The notes: generated by a model from the letters alone, not told the origin. 64,000 nucleotides of DNA from Trichosphaerium sp. ATCC 40318 (GCA_038496445.1 JALMLS010000143.1:448508-512507), one strand, 5' to 3'; positions 52,661 through 64,000 are shown, numbered from the stretch's first letter. Translations and numbers: made by a program.

Positions 52661-55642
52661 CTACGAAAATGACTTGCTATTCCAAAAGTAATGCATAAAC
52701 AATGATGAGGAGGAACATGACGCTAGTATGAAAAAAAGGAAGGCAACAAAAATAGTCGTTCGTGTTTCTTTTTGGGCGTACTGACAGGAGAACCAACAGG
52801 AGAACCAACAGGCGCACTACTAACAGGTACTATGCTACTATGAGATGGAGTTATGGTAGTAGGGACGATTTGCGGCTCAGACGTTGGCGCAGCCGTCGGC
52901 GCAGTAGGAGCATCAGTGAGCGACACTGGGCTGCTACTAGGTTGCGCTGTAGGCGGTGCCGTTGGCATTGCTGTGGGCATTGCTGTAGGCGTTGCTGTAG
53001 GCGTTGCCGTTGGCATTGCTGTGGGCATTGCTGTTGGCGCTGCTGTGGGCATTGCTGTAGGCGTTGCCGTTGGCATTGCTGTTGGTATTGCCGTTGGTGT
53101 TTTGGTAGTTGGTGTCGATGTAGGCGTACTAGTAGGAGTCGATGTAGGTAAACTAGTAGGTACTATAGAAGGTACAGGTTCAGAAGGTACTTGTTCCTCT
53201 GTCAGAAGCCCTTAGATATTTTTCCACAACAAAAAGTTTTTCAGAGAAAAAAAATATTGCCGTACCTTCAAGCGTGAAGTTAACAACTGTAGGAGTATTG
53301 TCAACTACTGTTACTTCGATCGTTTGTGGAGTAAAACCGGTGATATTCTTGACTGTGAGTGTATGTACACCAGGGACCATAAGTCGTATGAACATGCCAG
53401 ACTAGAAGAGAAGTTAGAAAGAGGTCTAAGTACTTTTTTTAGTTGTTATGTACAGAATATATTTTTGTGTGATGTGTATTTCCTTGTAACTCAACGTATC
53501 CACCTTGAGTATTGATGGAATTACCATCTTTATCAAGGACAAAACCTCTTATGCCAGAGTTTTGAACTTGTCTTGCGTAGTTCAACAAAGCAGCTTTGTT
53601 ATCATCCCTACATTAAAAAAATTAGTGAATGCAAACAAACGCCAACAATTCTGGAAAAAGTGTTTGCAATGTTGCCTAATAACTATATACGACTTCAATA
53701 CAGTGACCATTTCACAATAATGTTCCAGCCGATTCAGCAATTGTGATTCGAAAAAAAAAAACCATAATGTAAAATTTTTTTGTTTACAATTTAAAAGTGG
53801 TTCTCCACGAGAACAAAGAGAAAAGCACTGAAGTAGGTAAAAATATAAATATAAATATGATAGTGTTTGTGTACCAATATCCTGGCAGCTCACTTGCAGG
53901 TGGCCACTTAGAAATCTTGGATACCTAAATCATTATAATTAATATCCAAAAATACGATTTCGTTTCACTGTTAACATAAAAACAAATAAAACCACTTACT
54001 TCTATCGTTGTTTCCATACAATCAAGGAACAAGTAGTTCCAATCTTGCATACCACCATTCAAAGCATACCAATCAGCTCCATTGGTAATACCTGTTACAA
54101 ACAAAAAGTTCAATACTTAGCAAAGCAAAGAAAATAATTCATACCATCACGGAAATATCTATTACTCATCATGGCAGGATTCAAGTGAGCGTAAGCTTTA
54201 GATACTTTTATGAATATGGCATCATCAGGAGTAGCAGAATACACACTTGTAGAGCGGGTGTTACCTTTTTGGTAGAGTGTTAATACTCCTACAACAAAAA
54301 AAACCCAACAAAGTCAATAAAGACTTACTGTCGTAAGGGTAATTAACAACTAGATCGCCACCATGTAGATTTGCTGATAGCGTCCATTTAAAGTCTTCAG
54401 ATTGTAAATAATCCATAACGAGCTTTACTTCATGTGCACGTCCAGATGAAGACCAGCGAGGATCACTAAAATGAACTAAGCACCAAAAACACAAATAACG
54501 CTCTTAAAGTTAATGTACGTGTATTGATCAGGGAACCCTCTGTTCAAGTCAACACCTTCTGAATTTGCTCTTTGCTGAAGATCGAACCCTAATATTTATG
54601 AGCAATTGCTGTATTCTTTGATTATCACGTGATTTAGCTTTTAAAATAACAACAATTCTTTTTTGTCTGGAGGCATTGTTTGAAATATAGACGCTCATCA
54701 CTTACCGTCTGGGTTCATTGTTGGTATGACGAACACATGAACATTGTCGATGAGGTCTTTGACCTCTGTATTGTTATGGTATTCGTTGGCTAACATCTTT
54801 GCGAAATTAATCAATAATTCTCTACTAACAACTTCATCACCTATAGTAATATAACACATTAATATCAAAGGCGCAGATTTATAATATTCTGAGATTTCAG
54901 CTGTTTTTGTTGAATAGAAAAAGAATTAAGATTAAAAATACAAAAACAAAAAAGCGCGGGTTATTTTTAGTGAAAACTCCTTTTAAAACGTTTCAAGCGT
55001 CGTTTGGATACTCTCAAAAAGTACATATACATACCGTGCATATTACCAATATATTTAAAGTCAGGTTTAGCTTCTGTGCGGACACCAGGCTACGAAAAAT
55101 GATTTAACTTTATTAGCAGAAAAATAAAAAAATTTTCTTGCGTCACATCGATGACACGTTGATGAAGGAGCTAATTTTATACTGTTGTCTAGCGTACGTT
55201 GTTGCTAAATTCAATACCATAGATATCTACGCCTGCTTTACTTTTACCAATAGTGAAGCGTTTAGCAAATTCTGAATGCTGTTGTTCTATCGCTAGGAGT
55301 ATATCCCCAATAGCAGCGTTGCTTACGTAGCCTACTTTTAGAGTAGGGCTCCAGCGTTGTTCAACTTCACGTTTTATCTCGTAATGGTGCTCAATTTTTT
55401 TAATGGCATCTTCTGACGCCTCTACAACAATGCTTCGCTTTTCTTTGCTTATAATTGAAAAATCTGCCGAAGATTGCGGCAAAGGAACACCAAATGGTAT
55501 TGTTACGCGATAGAGGTCTGATGACGTGTTAATAAGCAAAAAAATAATTTTGGACATTCGTACTTGCGCCTTTTGTCGTTTCGGCTATGGCTACAAGCGC
55601 TAAACACGCTACAAGAACGTATGGTAGCAACGATTTCGTCAT
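52661..55642 (-). CDS. Zinc carboxypeptidase M14 (CPD/N/E-like) with signal peptide and Pro/Thr-rich tail, multi-exon
   Basis: [52 protein letters not shown] and [20 protein letters not shown]; signal [20 protein letters not shown]; 3' end approximate. Confidence 0.9.
52930..53180 (-). repeat. Coding 12-bp tandem repeat ([12 protein letters not shown] mucin-like stalk)
   Basis: Tandem GTTGGCATTGCT-like units encoding [16 protein letters not shown]... Confidence 0.85.
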
Positions 55643-56592
55643 ATCACCGCTTGTAGTCTCGTCACGTTGATTTGAGCTGAGATGCCTAAAATAATTTAAG
55701 TTTAATTCACAAAACCATTGTTCTTCCAGGGTTTGCCCTGGAAGATCACCAGCCGTTTAAAACAACATCAAACACTGTTTACATGTTGAGTGACATAATG
55801 TCTGGCTTAACAATAGCCACTGTTGTTCGTTTTTATCAACTAGTACGCTTTCTTACCAGCAATTATGTCAGGAAGTTCATTTCTCCACGATTATGGCTAT
55901 ATTATGCTCTATGCAGCACTGACGCTACTGATTGGCATGGCTAGTACCATTATTCCATTTATTATAAAGCAACGCGGTCCTATGACCGATCCAAAGGCTC
56001 TGTTATGGTTCTTTCTATCTCTTACATTTAAATTCTCGGCGGGCGTTCTAATAAGCGCGGGTACAGTGCATATGGCAGGAGATAGCTTGTGTACGGTTTT
56101 TTCTGATGATAAAAAATTATTAACCTTATTTTCTGAAACTCAGCGTGTTTTCTCACCTCATATTTGCCCAAATAGCAAACTGGATAGAATACTCAAACTG
56201 TACTGGGCCACATTTTTCAGGTAATTGAAAGAAATAAATCACCCATGTCTCAAGACCTAAAGAAACTCTTTAGAGCCTTCATGTGATGATTTTGTACCTA
56301 TGGTTAACTCTGAGAACAATACTGTGTATTTTTGTGTTGGTCCATGCTCATCGTACCCTTGGCAAGTCTTTTTTTTCACTTCTTTGTTTTTCATGGTGCG
56401 TTGTCTTGTTTTCTGACATTTCGTTGTAGGTGGTTGGCGTGTATTGGTGGTAGTATTATTATTGTAGCTACACTTGAAGCGCTTTCTCCTCATGAACATG
56501 CTGGTAAGTAGCCTGAATCGACATAGTATCACGTGAACAAGTTGATGAAAGTTCCTCGTTTTTTACATTTTTTATCTTTTTCTTTTGCTCAT
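53480..56592. repeat. Arm 1 of a long inverted duplication
   Basis: Reverse complement of 60907-64000; identical ORFs mirrored (55189-55557 versus 61928-62296; 54261-54494 versus 62988-63221). Confidence 0.95.
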
Positions 56593-57492
56593 CCTCTAAC
56601 CAACCTTTTTCGCAGATTTTTTTGGTGGTCTTGATGAACTTAATGGGTTATTGCGATCACATGCTAGTGTCCAGTATGACGCTGTATTGGGAGGGTCCGA
56701 AAAACGAAGACGAGTACACCCGCTTCTTGGCCACTCTTTTGTGTTGTTGTTGGCCCTTGTAGTTCATTCTATATTGGCTGGATTCTCTCTAGGCGCATCA
56801 TTAAAAGAAACAGGGGAGAGTTGGGGAATTTTCGGGGCCATAGTGGCTCACAAGGTAAATCACGATAACTTATTTTTTGTTGCTTAAAGTTTTGTTAAGG
56901 GTTTTGCTGGATATGCTCTTGGTGTGAGCCTGGTAACTTCTAAAGTTCCATTTTGGGTATGTAAATAGAATATCTTTCTTATTTTGGTTAATCTAAATGT
57001 AAGCATTGGGGAGCAATTATGAGTGCAGCATTCTCCATAAGCACACCTACAGGTACCTTTTTTTTTCTTTTTTGAAACAATAAATCTTCCCCGTGGCTGT
57101 ACACAGACATGACTGCGGGTTTTCGTGTATTTTGAACCTTGGATGTTTGTTTGCATATTTTTCATATCTTAATAAACGGAACCATGGCGTGGTTAATCAT
57201 TGTATCGAACTGAGGATTTTTTGTGTTTTCTTTAATTGTTTTTTCTGATTACTGGGTAGGTATTATTATTGGTGGCACTTTGCTCAGTTTATTGGATGGA
57301 CCAGCTAGGTTGTTAACAGAAGCTATTCTTCTTGGGCTTGCTTCTGGGACGTTCATTTATATTGGACTTGTTGAAATGTTTTTGGCGGATATTTTCGTTC
57401 AAATGAGACGTGGTGTTTGGAGTGCTTTACTACATGGATTAGTAGCTTTCTTGGGATTTATAGCAATGTCTACACTTGCTATATGGATATAA
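55865..57492 (+). CDS. ZIP (SLC39) zinc/iron transporter, multi-exon
   Basis: FSAGVLISAGTVHM, LALVVHSILAGFSLG, AIVAHKFVKGFA and GLASGTFIYIGLVEM. Confidence 0.9.
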
Positions 57493-58244
57493 ACTTCGTA
57501 TTATAGAATAACCTTATTACATAAGTAATAAATAACAATTGTACAATTTCAAACACTTCTTTTGTTATTGTTGAGCCTCTCAAGTAGCGCAATTTTGAAG
57601 AATTTGTAAGCATTTCCTGTATAAATGAGGTCTTCGTTGTCATGTAAAAACCATGTGTTTTTCTTGGCAACTTTTTCCAATGACACCGCAATGACCCATC
57701 GAAAGATAGTGCGCAGGTGATTACACCCTTACTATTGTGGATACATAAAAGTACTGACTGGTAAAACGTAGTCATTTTGGTGATAAGTGGAGGTGGATAG
57801 GCTAACCAGCTAAAAAAATATTAAGCAGAAACTGTCACAGTACTAATGAAGCTATTATGTAAACCGAAAGATATTTAATGTTTGTGGCTGGTGTTAACCG
57901 ATTCAGCAATTTGTATCAGGCTTACTCAGAACAGTAACACGTCTTCATACTAAAGTAGAAAGCACACTTGTTGGTCAACAAACATTCGTATTTGTGCTAT
58001 TCGTTCAAACTGAATCAAGAAACACGTGGCTTGTAAGGAACTACAGTTTTACTTGCCATACAGTCTCCTTTTGTATTGGTTGATAAGAGACACACATTTG
58101 AAGGATTGGCGTTTGTTTAGCAAGCTCTCACTAGCAGTAAAGAGACTTGAGTTCAGTGTAACGTACAATGTCAGACAACAAGGTAATTTCGTACGGGTTA
58201 AAAAACTTCAAACTGTTTACTCCCATTAGCAAAGTTCGCTAGAG

Positions 58245-58915
58245 GTGTATGAGCCATGTCACTTATTGCGGCTTCCTGTTGAGCTACATCTTTATATCAT
58301 TGATCTTTCATACTGTCGATTGTATACCTTGTGGCCTCTTTTATCAAAGTACACAGCAACAACAACAAGATTTGATGACGAACTTAACAAACATGGCAAA
58401 TGGTGTAGACATCATCTGAAATAGGAGTGATTGGGAGAAAAAACACGAGACGTCATCGCGGATTTTGTTTTGTTAAGCAAGAGCAAGAGTTTGTAAAAAG
58501 TAAAAAAGAAGGAGAATGTAAAGAGTGGCACAACTTTAGACTGAGAATCCAGGAGCACTACGTAAATGATGTTAAAGTAGAGCAAATACAGTGGCATGAA
58601 AATGGTAGGATGCGTACTAAGAGACACTATATTAACGGTAAAGTTACTGGAGAAGTTATGGAGTGGCATGATAATGGTATGATATCGAGTAAGAGGCACT
58701 ATCTTAACGGTAAAGTTATCGGAGAAGTCATGGAGTGGCATGATAATGGCCAGTTGAAAATGCATGGGTTTTACATATGTAGTCAAATGCATAAAAATAC
58801 AATGAAATATTGGTGTGAAGATGGCGAAGTAGCTTATGAAAGCAAGAGTGTATGGAAACGAGCAACGCCAGTTTATAACAATTCAAGAGATAAGAGTAGA
58901 CAGTACCTTGTCTGA
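58245..58915 (+). pseudogene. Disrupted F-box-like/MORN-variant paralog
   Basis: VYEPCHLLRLPVELHLY...LWPLLSKYTA..RFD...KHGKW aligns with the 4565-5623 gene. The start is GTG instead of ATG and there is a frameshift/stop at ~58420 before the MORN repeats. Confidence 0.75.
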
Positions 58916-59089
58916 ACATATATTATAGCTAGTACTTAACGTAGCTTTCATTCTTAACCTTGATTTTACTTTTTTGTGAGTGTATTGTTTACTTTCAAAA
59001 TGGACTCATTTTCTCGCAATATTGTCTCTGAATTAAAACACATGCTCGACACGTGATTATTGAAAACACTGCGCATAGTGTACTTTTAT

Positions 59090-59982
59090 TTATTCATAAT
59101 CTTTAAACCATGTTTCTTCTTCAAGTTGTTCTACTATTTGACCTTGTTTATTCCACTTTAACATGTCTTCTTTCAATCTTCCATTATCATAAAATCCCCA
59201 CTTCTTCACTTGTCCACTGTAGTACCACTCCTTATACTCTCCATGCCTATTTCCTTTCGCATACTTACATTGTATTTCAATTTTACCATTATTGTGCCAG
59301 TGGTTGACCTTTCCTTCTAGGTTTCCATTAACATAAAACCCATCTTTCTTCAATCGTCCACTTTCATACCACACTTTGTATTCTCCTTCTTGTTTACCAT
59401 TTGAGTAAGTACGTTGTTTCCTCAATTGACCAGTTATGTACCACTTCTTATACTCTCCTTCTTGTTTGCCATTAACATAAAAACATTTTTTCTTCAATTG
59501 TCCGTTATTGAACCACTCCGTATAATCTCCTTGTCTCTTACAACCACTAGTGTAATTAGCTTGGATCCACAAAGTTCCATTTCGATGCCAATTCTTACAT
59601 TCCCCTTCTTGTCTATCATTGACATAATAACTCTGTTCCGTGAGTTGTCCATTGTCATACCACTCTTTATAGACTCCTTCTGATTTACCATCTATGTACT
59701 TACACTTTACCCATTGTTTGCCATTCGGATGCCACTCATTGTATTCACCTTGACGTTTGCCATGACTTAAGTACTCTTGACATAATACTCTTGATGTACT
59801 TGAGCTTCTTTTAATCCATTTTCCATGCTTTTTTAAGTCAGAATCAAAGCGTGTTATCATTGCTGTTCGTTTTGATAACATTGGCCATTTCAAATACATT
59901 TCAAAGTCTAATTCTATTATATCTAGTTGTAACTCAACAGGCAGGTGTACTAGATTTAAGAATTGATCTTTTTTGCTCTCAT
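59090..59982 (-). CDS. Intronless F-box-like/MORN-variant repeat protein
   Basis: ~9 MORN_2 repeats; the frame extends upstream through LVHLPVELQL; the ATG at 59982 is 1 nt out of frame across an A6 run (error or mutation). Confidence 0.8.
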
Positions 59983-60208
59983 TTTTCTAATTACACATTA
60001 GAGATTGCGTAAATCGCAAGTATATTGTACGTACTGTGCGTTTAGCCATTTGTAGCCCGTTATTGTCTGGAGATTTATTGCGTTTAATGATTTTAATCTT
60101 GGTGGCTCCACAAAGGTACTTGATACCTCGCTGTTGTTATTTCGTTAGTGCTGGCTTTTCTAGTAAACTATGTTGTATCTGACTTAAGGGGGCAGTAACT
60201 TAACACAG

Positions 60209-60819
60209 TTAGCATACCTATACCCGGACAACTTAACAGGAAAGGTACAAGTGATCCCTCAATAGACGCAAACTGTGATACCAGATCACAGTTTACTAGG
60301 CAACATGAGGCAACAAAACAAAAAAAAACATCACTAAAAAAGCAAAACAAACTCGCTGCCAATGGTCAATGGTGGTAAAGCCTTAGACTACCTATACCGG
60401 TTGTTTATTTAGAAAATGATACAATCAGGGCATTGGAGGCCATTGTACACATGTCCATGACAGTGGCCATCATCATAACACCTGTTTCTAGAAATGTTGA
60501 CAAACGATGGCTCAAAAACAATATGAGCACACTCAAAACACTCCTTGTTGTGGCACAAATGGCTACAATCAATCTTTCCCCTGTTGATACCACTCCAAAC
60601 ATAGTACTTGAGGTCTCCTTCAAGATCATGCACCTCATCATAAATGGTAACCCCATATTTGGCATACCTAGCGAGATGATGCAACTTGTAATTCTTGTAC
60701 CCAAGTAAAGCTCTAGGATACCCTGAATGATCCAAGTTCTTGTTGAAAGTGAGCACAAGACACCCATTGTCTGCAATAAAATAGTCAACACAAGTAAATA
60801 GTTAGACTACCTATACCCG
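60209..60819. repeat. Three dispersed direct repeats (TTAGACTACCTATACC core)
   Basis: Exact 16-mer at 60383-60398 and 60802-60817; variant TTAGCATACCTATACCCG at 60209-60226. Confidence 0.8.
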
Positions 60820-60900
60820 AGTATAGAGAAAAAAAAAAAACCCTAATCTATCAAAAAAAAAAATACCTTTTCTAACAGCATTGCGCATTAAAAGACCCAT
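60409..60900 (-). CDS. His-Cys box (His-Me finger, I-PpoI-like) homing-endonuclease-type protein, 2 exons
   Basis: Exon 60900-60867, GT-AG intron 60866-60771 and exon 60770-60409 give 131 aa: MGLLMRNAVRKDNGCL...GYP...CSHLCHNKECFECAHIVFEPSFVNISRNRC...CHGH...CPDC. Confidence 0.8.
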
Positions 60901-60906
60901 TTTTAG

Positions 60907-61626
60907 TGAGCAAAAAAAAAGATAAAAATGTAAAAAACGAGGAACTTTCATCAACTTGTTCACGTGATACTATGTCGATTCAGGCTACTTACCAGCATGT
61001 TCATGAGGAGAAAGCGCTTCAAGTGTAGCTACAATAATAATACTACCACCAATACACGCCAACCACCTACAACGAAATGTCAGAAAACAAGACAACGCAC
61101 CATGAAAAACAAAGAAGTGAAAAAAAAGACTTGCCAAGGGTACGATGAGCATGGACCAACACAAAATACACAGTATGTTCTCAGAGTTAACCATAGGTAC
61201 AAAATCATCACATGAAGGCTCTAAAGAGTTTCTTTAGGTCTGAGACATGGGTGATTTATTTCTTTCAATTACCTGAAAAATGTGGCCAGTACAGTTTGAG
61301 TATTCTATCCAGTTTGCTATTTGGGCAAATATGAGGTGAGAAAACACGCTGAGTTTCAGAAAATAAGGTTAATAATTTTTTATCATCAGAAAAAACCGTA
61401 CACAAGCTATCTCCTGCCATATGCACTGTACCCGCGCTTATTAGAACGCCGCCGAGAATTTAAATGTAAGAGATAGAAAGAACCATAACAGAGCCTTTGG
61501 ATCGGTCATAGGACCGCGTTGCTTTATAATAAATGGAATAATGGTACTAGCCATGCCAATCAGTAGCGTCAGTGCTGCATAGAGCATAATATAGCCATAA
61601 TCGTGGAGAAATGAACTTCCTGACAT
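60907..61626 (-). pseudogene. Truncated, frameshifted duplicate of the ZIP transporter 5' half
   Basis: Same start (MSGSSFLHDY); frameshift at FKFSA; copy ends inside an intron. Confidence 0.7.
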
Positions 61627-61843
61627 AATTGCTGGTAAGAAAGCGTACTAGTTGATAAAAACGAACAACAGTGGCTATTGTTAAGCCAGACATTATGTCA
61701 CTAACATGTAAACAGTGTTTGATGTTGTTTTAAACGGTGGTGATCTTCCAGGGCAAACCCTGGAAGAACAATGGTTTGTGAATTAAACTTAAATTATTTT
61801 AGGCATCTCAGCTCAAATCAACGTGACGAGACTACAAGCGGAT

Positions 61844-64000
61844 ATGACGAAATCGTTGCTACCTACGTTCTTGTAGCGTGTTTAGCGCTTGTAGCCATAG
61901 CCGAAACGACAAAAGGCGCAAGTACGAATGTCCAAAATTATTTTTTTGCTTATTAACACGTCATCAGACCTCTATCGCGTAACAATACCATTTGGTGTTC
62001 CTTTGCCGCAATCTTCGGCAGATTTTTCAATTATAAGCAAAGAAAAGCGAAGCATTGTTGTAGAGGCGTCAGAAGATGCCATTAAAAAAATTGAGCACCA
62101 TTACGAGATAAAACGTGAAGTTGAACAACGCTGGAGCCCTACTCTAAAAGTAGGCTACGTAAGCAACGCTGCTATTGGGGATATACTCCTAGCGATAGAA
62201 CAACAGCATTCAGAATTTGCTAAACGCTTCACTATTGGTAAAAGTAAAGCAGGCGTAGATATCTATGGTATTGAATTTAGCAACAACGTACGCTAGACAA
62301 CAGTATAAAATTAGCTCCTTCATCAACGTGTCATCGATGTGACGCAAGAAAATTTTTTATTTTTCTGCTAATAAAGTTAAATCATTTTTCGTAGCCTGGT
62401 GTCCGCACAGAAGCTAAACCTGACTTTAAATATATTGGTAATATGCACGGTATGTATATGTACTTTTTGGAGTATCCAAACGACGCTTGAAACGTTTTAA
62501 AAGGAGTTTTCACTAAAAATAACCCGCGCTTTTTTGTTTTTGTATTTTTAATCTTAATTCTTTTTCTATTCAACAAAAACAGCTGAAATCTCAGAATATT
62601 ATAAATCTGCGCCTTTGATATTAATGTGTTATATTACTATAGGTGATGAAGTTGTTAGTAGAGAATTATTGATTAATTTCGCAAAGATGTTAGCCAACGA
62701 ATACCATAACAATACAGAGGTCAAAGACCTCATCGACAATGTTCATGTGTTCGTCATACCAACAATGAACCCAGACGGTAAGTGATGAGCGTCTATATTT
62801 CAAACAATGCCTCCAGACAAAAAAGAATTGTTGTTATTTTAAAAGCTAAATCACGTGATAATCAAAGAATACAGCAATTGCTCATAAATATTAGGGTTCG
62901 ATCTTCAGCAAAGAGCAAATTCAGAAGGTGTTGACTTGAACAGAGGTTCCCTGATCAATACACGTACATTAACTTTAAGAGCGTTATTTGTGTTTTTGGT
63001 GCTTAGTTCATTTTAGTGATCCTCGCTGGTCTTCATCTGGACGTGCACATGAAGTAAAGCTCGTTATGGATTATTTACAATCTGAAGACTTTAAATGGAC
63101 GCTATCAGCAAATCTACATGGTGGCGATCTAGTTGTTAATTACCCTTACGACAGTAAGTCTTTATTGACTTTGTTGGGTTTTTTTTGTTGTAGGAGTATT
63201 AACACTCTACCAAAAAGGTAACACCCGCTCTACAAGTGTGTATTCTGCTACTCCTGATGATGCCATATTCATAAAAGTATCTAAAGCTTACGCTCACTTG
63301 AATCCTGCCATGATGAGTAATAGATATTTCCGTGATGGTATGAATTATTTTCTTTGCTTTGCTAAGTATTGAACTTTTTGTTTGTAACAGGTATTACCAA
63401 TGGAGCTGATTGGTATGCTTTGAATGGTGGTATGCAAGATTGGAACTACTTGTTCCTTGATTGTATGGAAACAACGATAGAAGTAAGTGGTTTTATTTGT
63501 TTTTATGTTAACAGTGAAACGAAATCGTATTTTTGGATATTAATTATAATGATTTAGGTATCCAAGATTTCTAAGTGGCCACCTGCAAGTGAGCTGCCAG
63601 GATATTGGTACACAAACACTATCATATTTATATTTATATTTTTACCTACTTCAGTGCTTTTCTCTTTGTTCTCGTGGAGAACCACTTTTAAATTGTAAAC
63701 AAAAAATTTTACATTATGGTTTTTTTTTTTCGAATCACAATTGCTGAATCGGCTGGAACATTATTGTGAAATGGTCACTGTATTGAAGTCGTATATAGTT
63801 ATTACGCAACATTGCAAACACTTTTTCCAGAATTGTTGGCGTTTGTTTGCATTCACTAATTTTTTAATGTAGGGATGATACAAAGCTGCTTTTGTTGAAC
63901 TACGCAAGACAAGTTCAAAACTCTGGCATAAGAGGTTTTGTCCTTGATAAAGATGGTAATTCCATCAATACTCAAGGTGGATACGTTGAGTTACAAGGAA
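61844..64000 (+). pseudogene. Duplicate of the M14 carboxypeptidase gene (3'-partial, frameshifted as assembled)
   Basis: Same exons as 52661-55642; 1-nt deletions in the signal-peptide exon (~61863) and at ~62945. Confidence 0.65.

Larger units (their letters stand above)
60907..64000. repeat. Arm 2 of the long inverted duplication (runs off the window)
   Basis: Near-identical reverse complement of 53480-56592 with scattered single-base deletions. Confidence 0.95.

Noticed and set aside
52762-53215. Plus-strand Arg/Cys-rich and Val/Gly-rich ORFs
   Set aside because: They are antisense shadows of the PT repeat in the carboxypeptidase.
60270-60300. Canonical Helitron 3' end (hairpin + CTAG)
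   Set aside because: CTAG is only 1 nt from the hairpin and is followed by G, not T; no Rep/helicase is present.
60209-60819. CRISPR-like reading of the three direct repeats
   Set aside because: Spacing is irregular (~174 and ~419 bp), there are only three copies, the context is eukaryotic and no cas genes are present.
60000-60900. Group I intron/rDNA host for the His-Cys nuclease
   Set aside because: No rRNA sequence or recognisable P7 core seen by eye; an Infernal search would be needed to exclude a decayed one.
1-64000. Alternative genetic code to explain the fragmented ORFs
   Set aside because: Breaks coincide with GT/GC-AG introns, and TAA, TAG and TGA all terminate conserved genes.

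Overview
AT-rich, gene-dense nuclear DNA from a microbial eukaryote (probably an amoeboid protist; inferred from gene content, not proven). It uses the standard genetic code and has many short (~40-150 nt) spliceosomal introns, so the ORF track shows only exon fragments. About 25 intron-rich genes can be reconstructed: amidohydrolase, oxalate-CoA ligase-like enzyme, SIRT6/7-like sirtuin, GPAT, TLS1-like protein, PhoD, a ZZ-finger carboxylic-acid-reductase-like enzyme, LPAAT, aldo-keto reductase, GNB1L, MADS-box factor, F-box-PH, HSBP1, RidA, head-to-head RNR small and large subunits, LRR-BTB, a secreted ricin-B lectin, a divergent Ras-like GTPase, M14 carboxypeptidase and a ZIP transporter. 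Four intronless F-box-like repeat genes (three MORN, one LRR) stand out against this background. The best candidate for a new system is at 58-61 kb: a free-standing His-Cys-box (I-PpoI-type) nuclease gene with its own spliceosomal intron. It is bracketed by diverged direct repeats, lies beside a nested hairpin and two MORN genes, and sits at the breakpoint of a >3 kb inverted duplication that may be an amplification or assembly artefact. Exon boundaries were read by eye and family calls rest on remembered motifs, not database searches.
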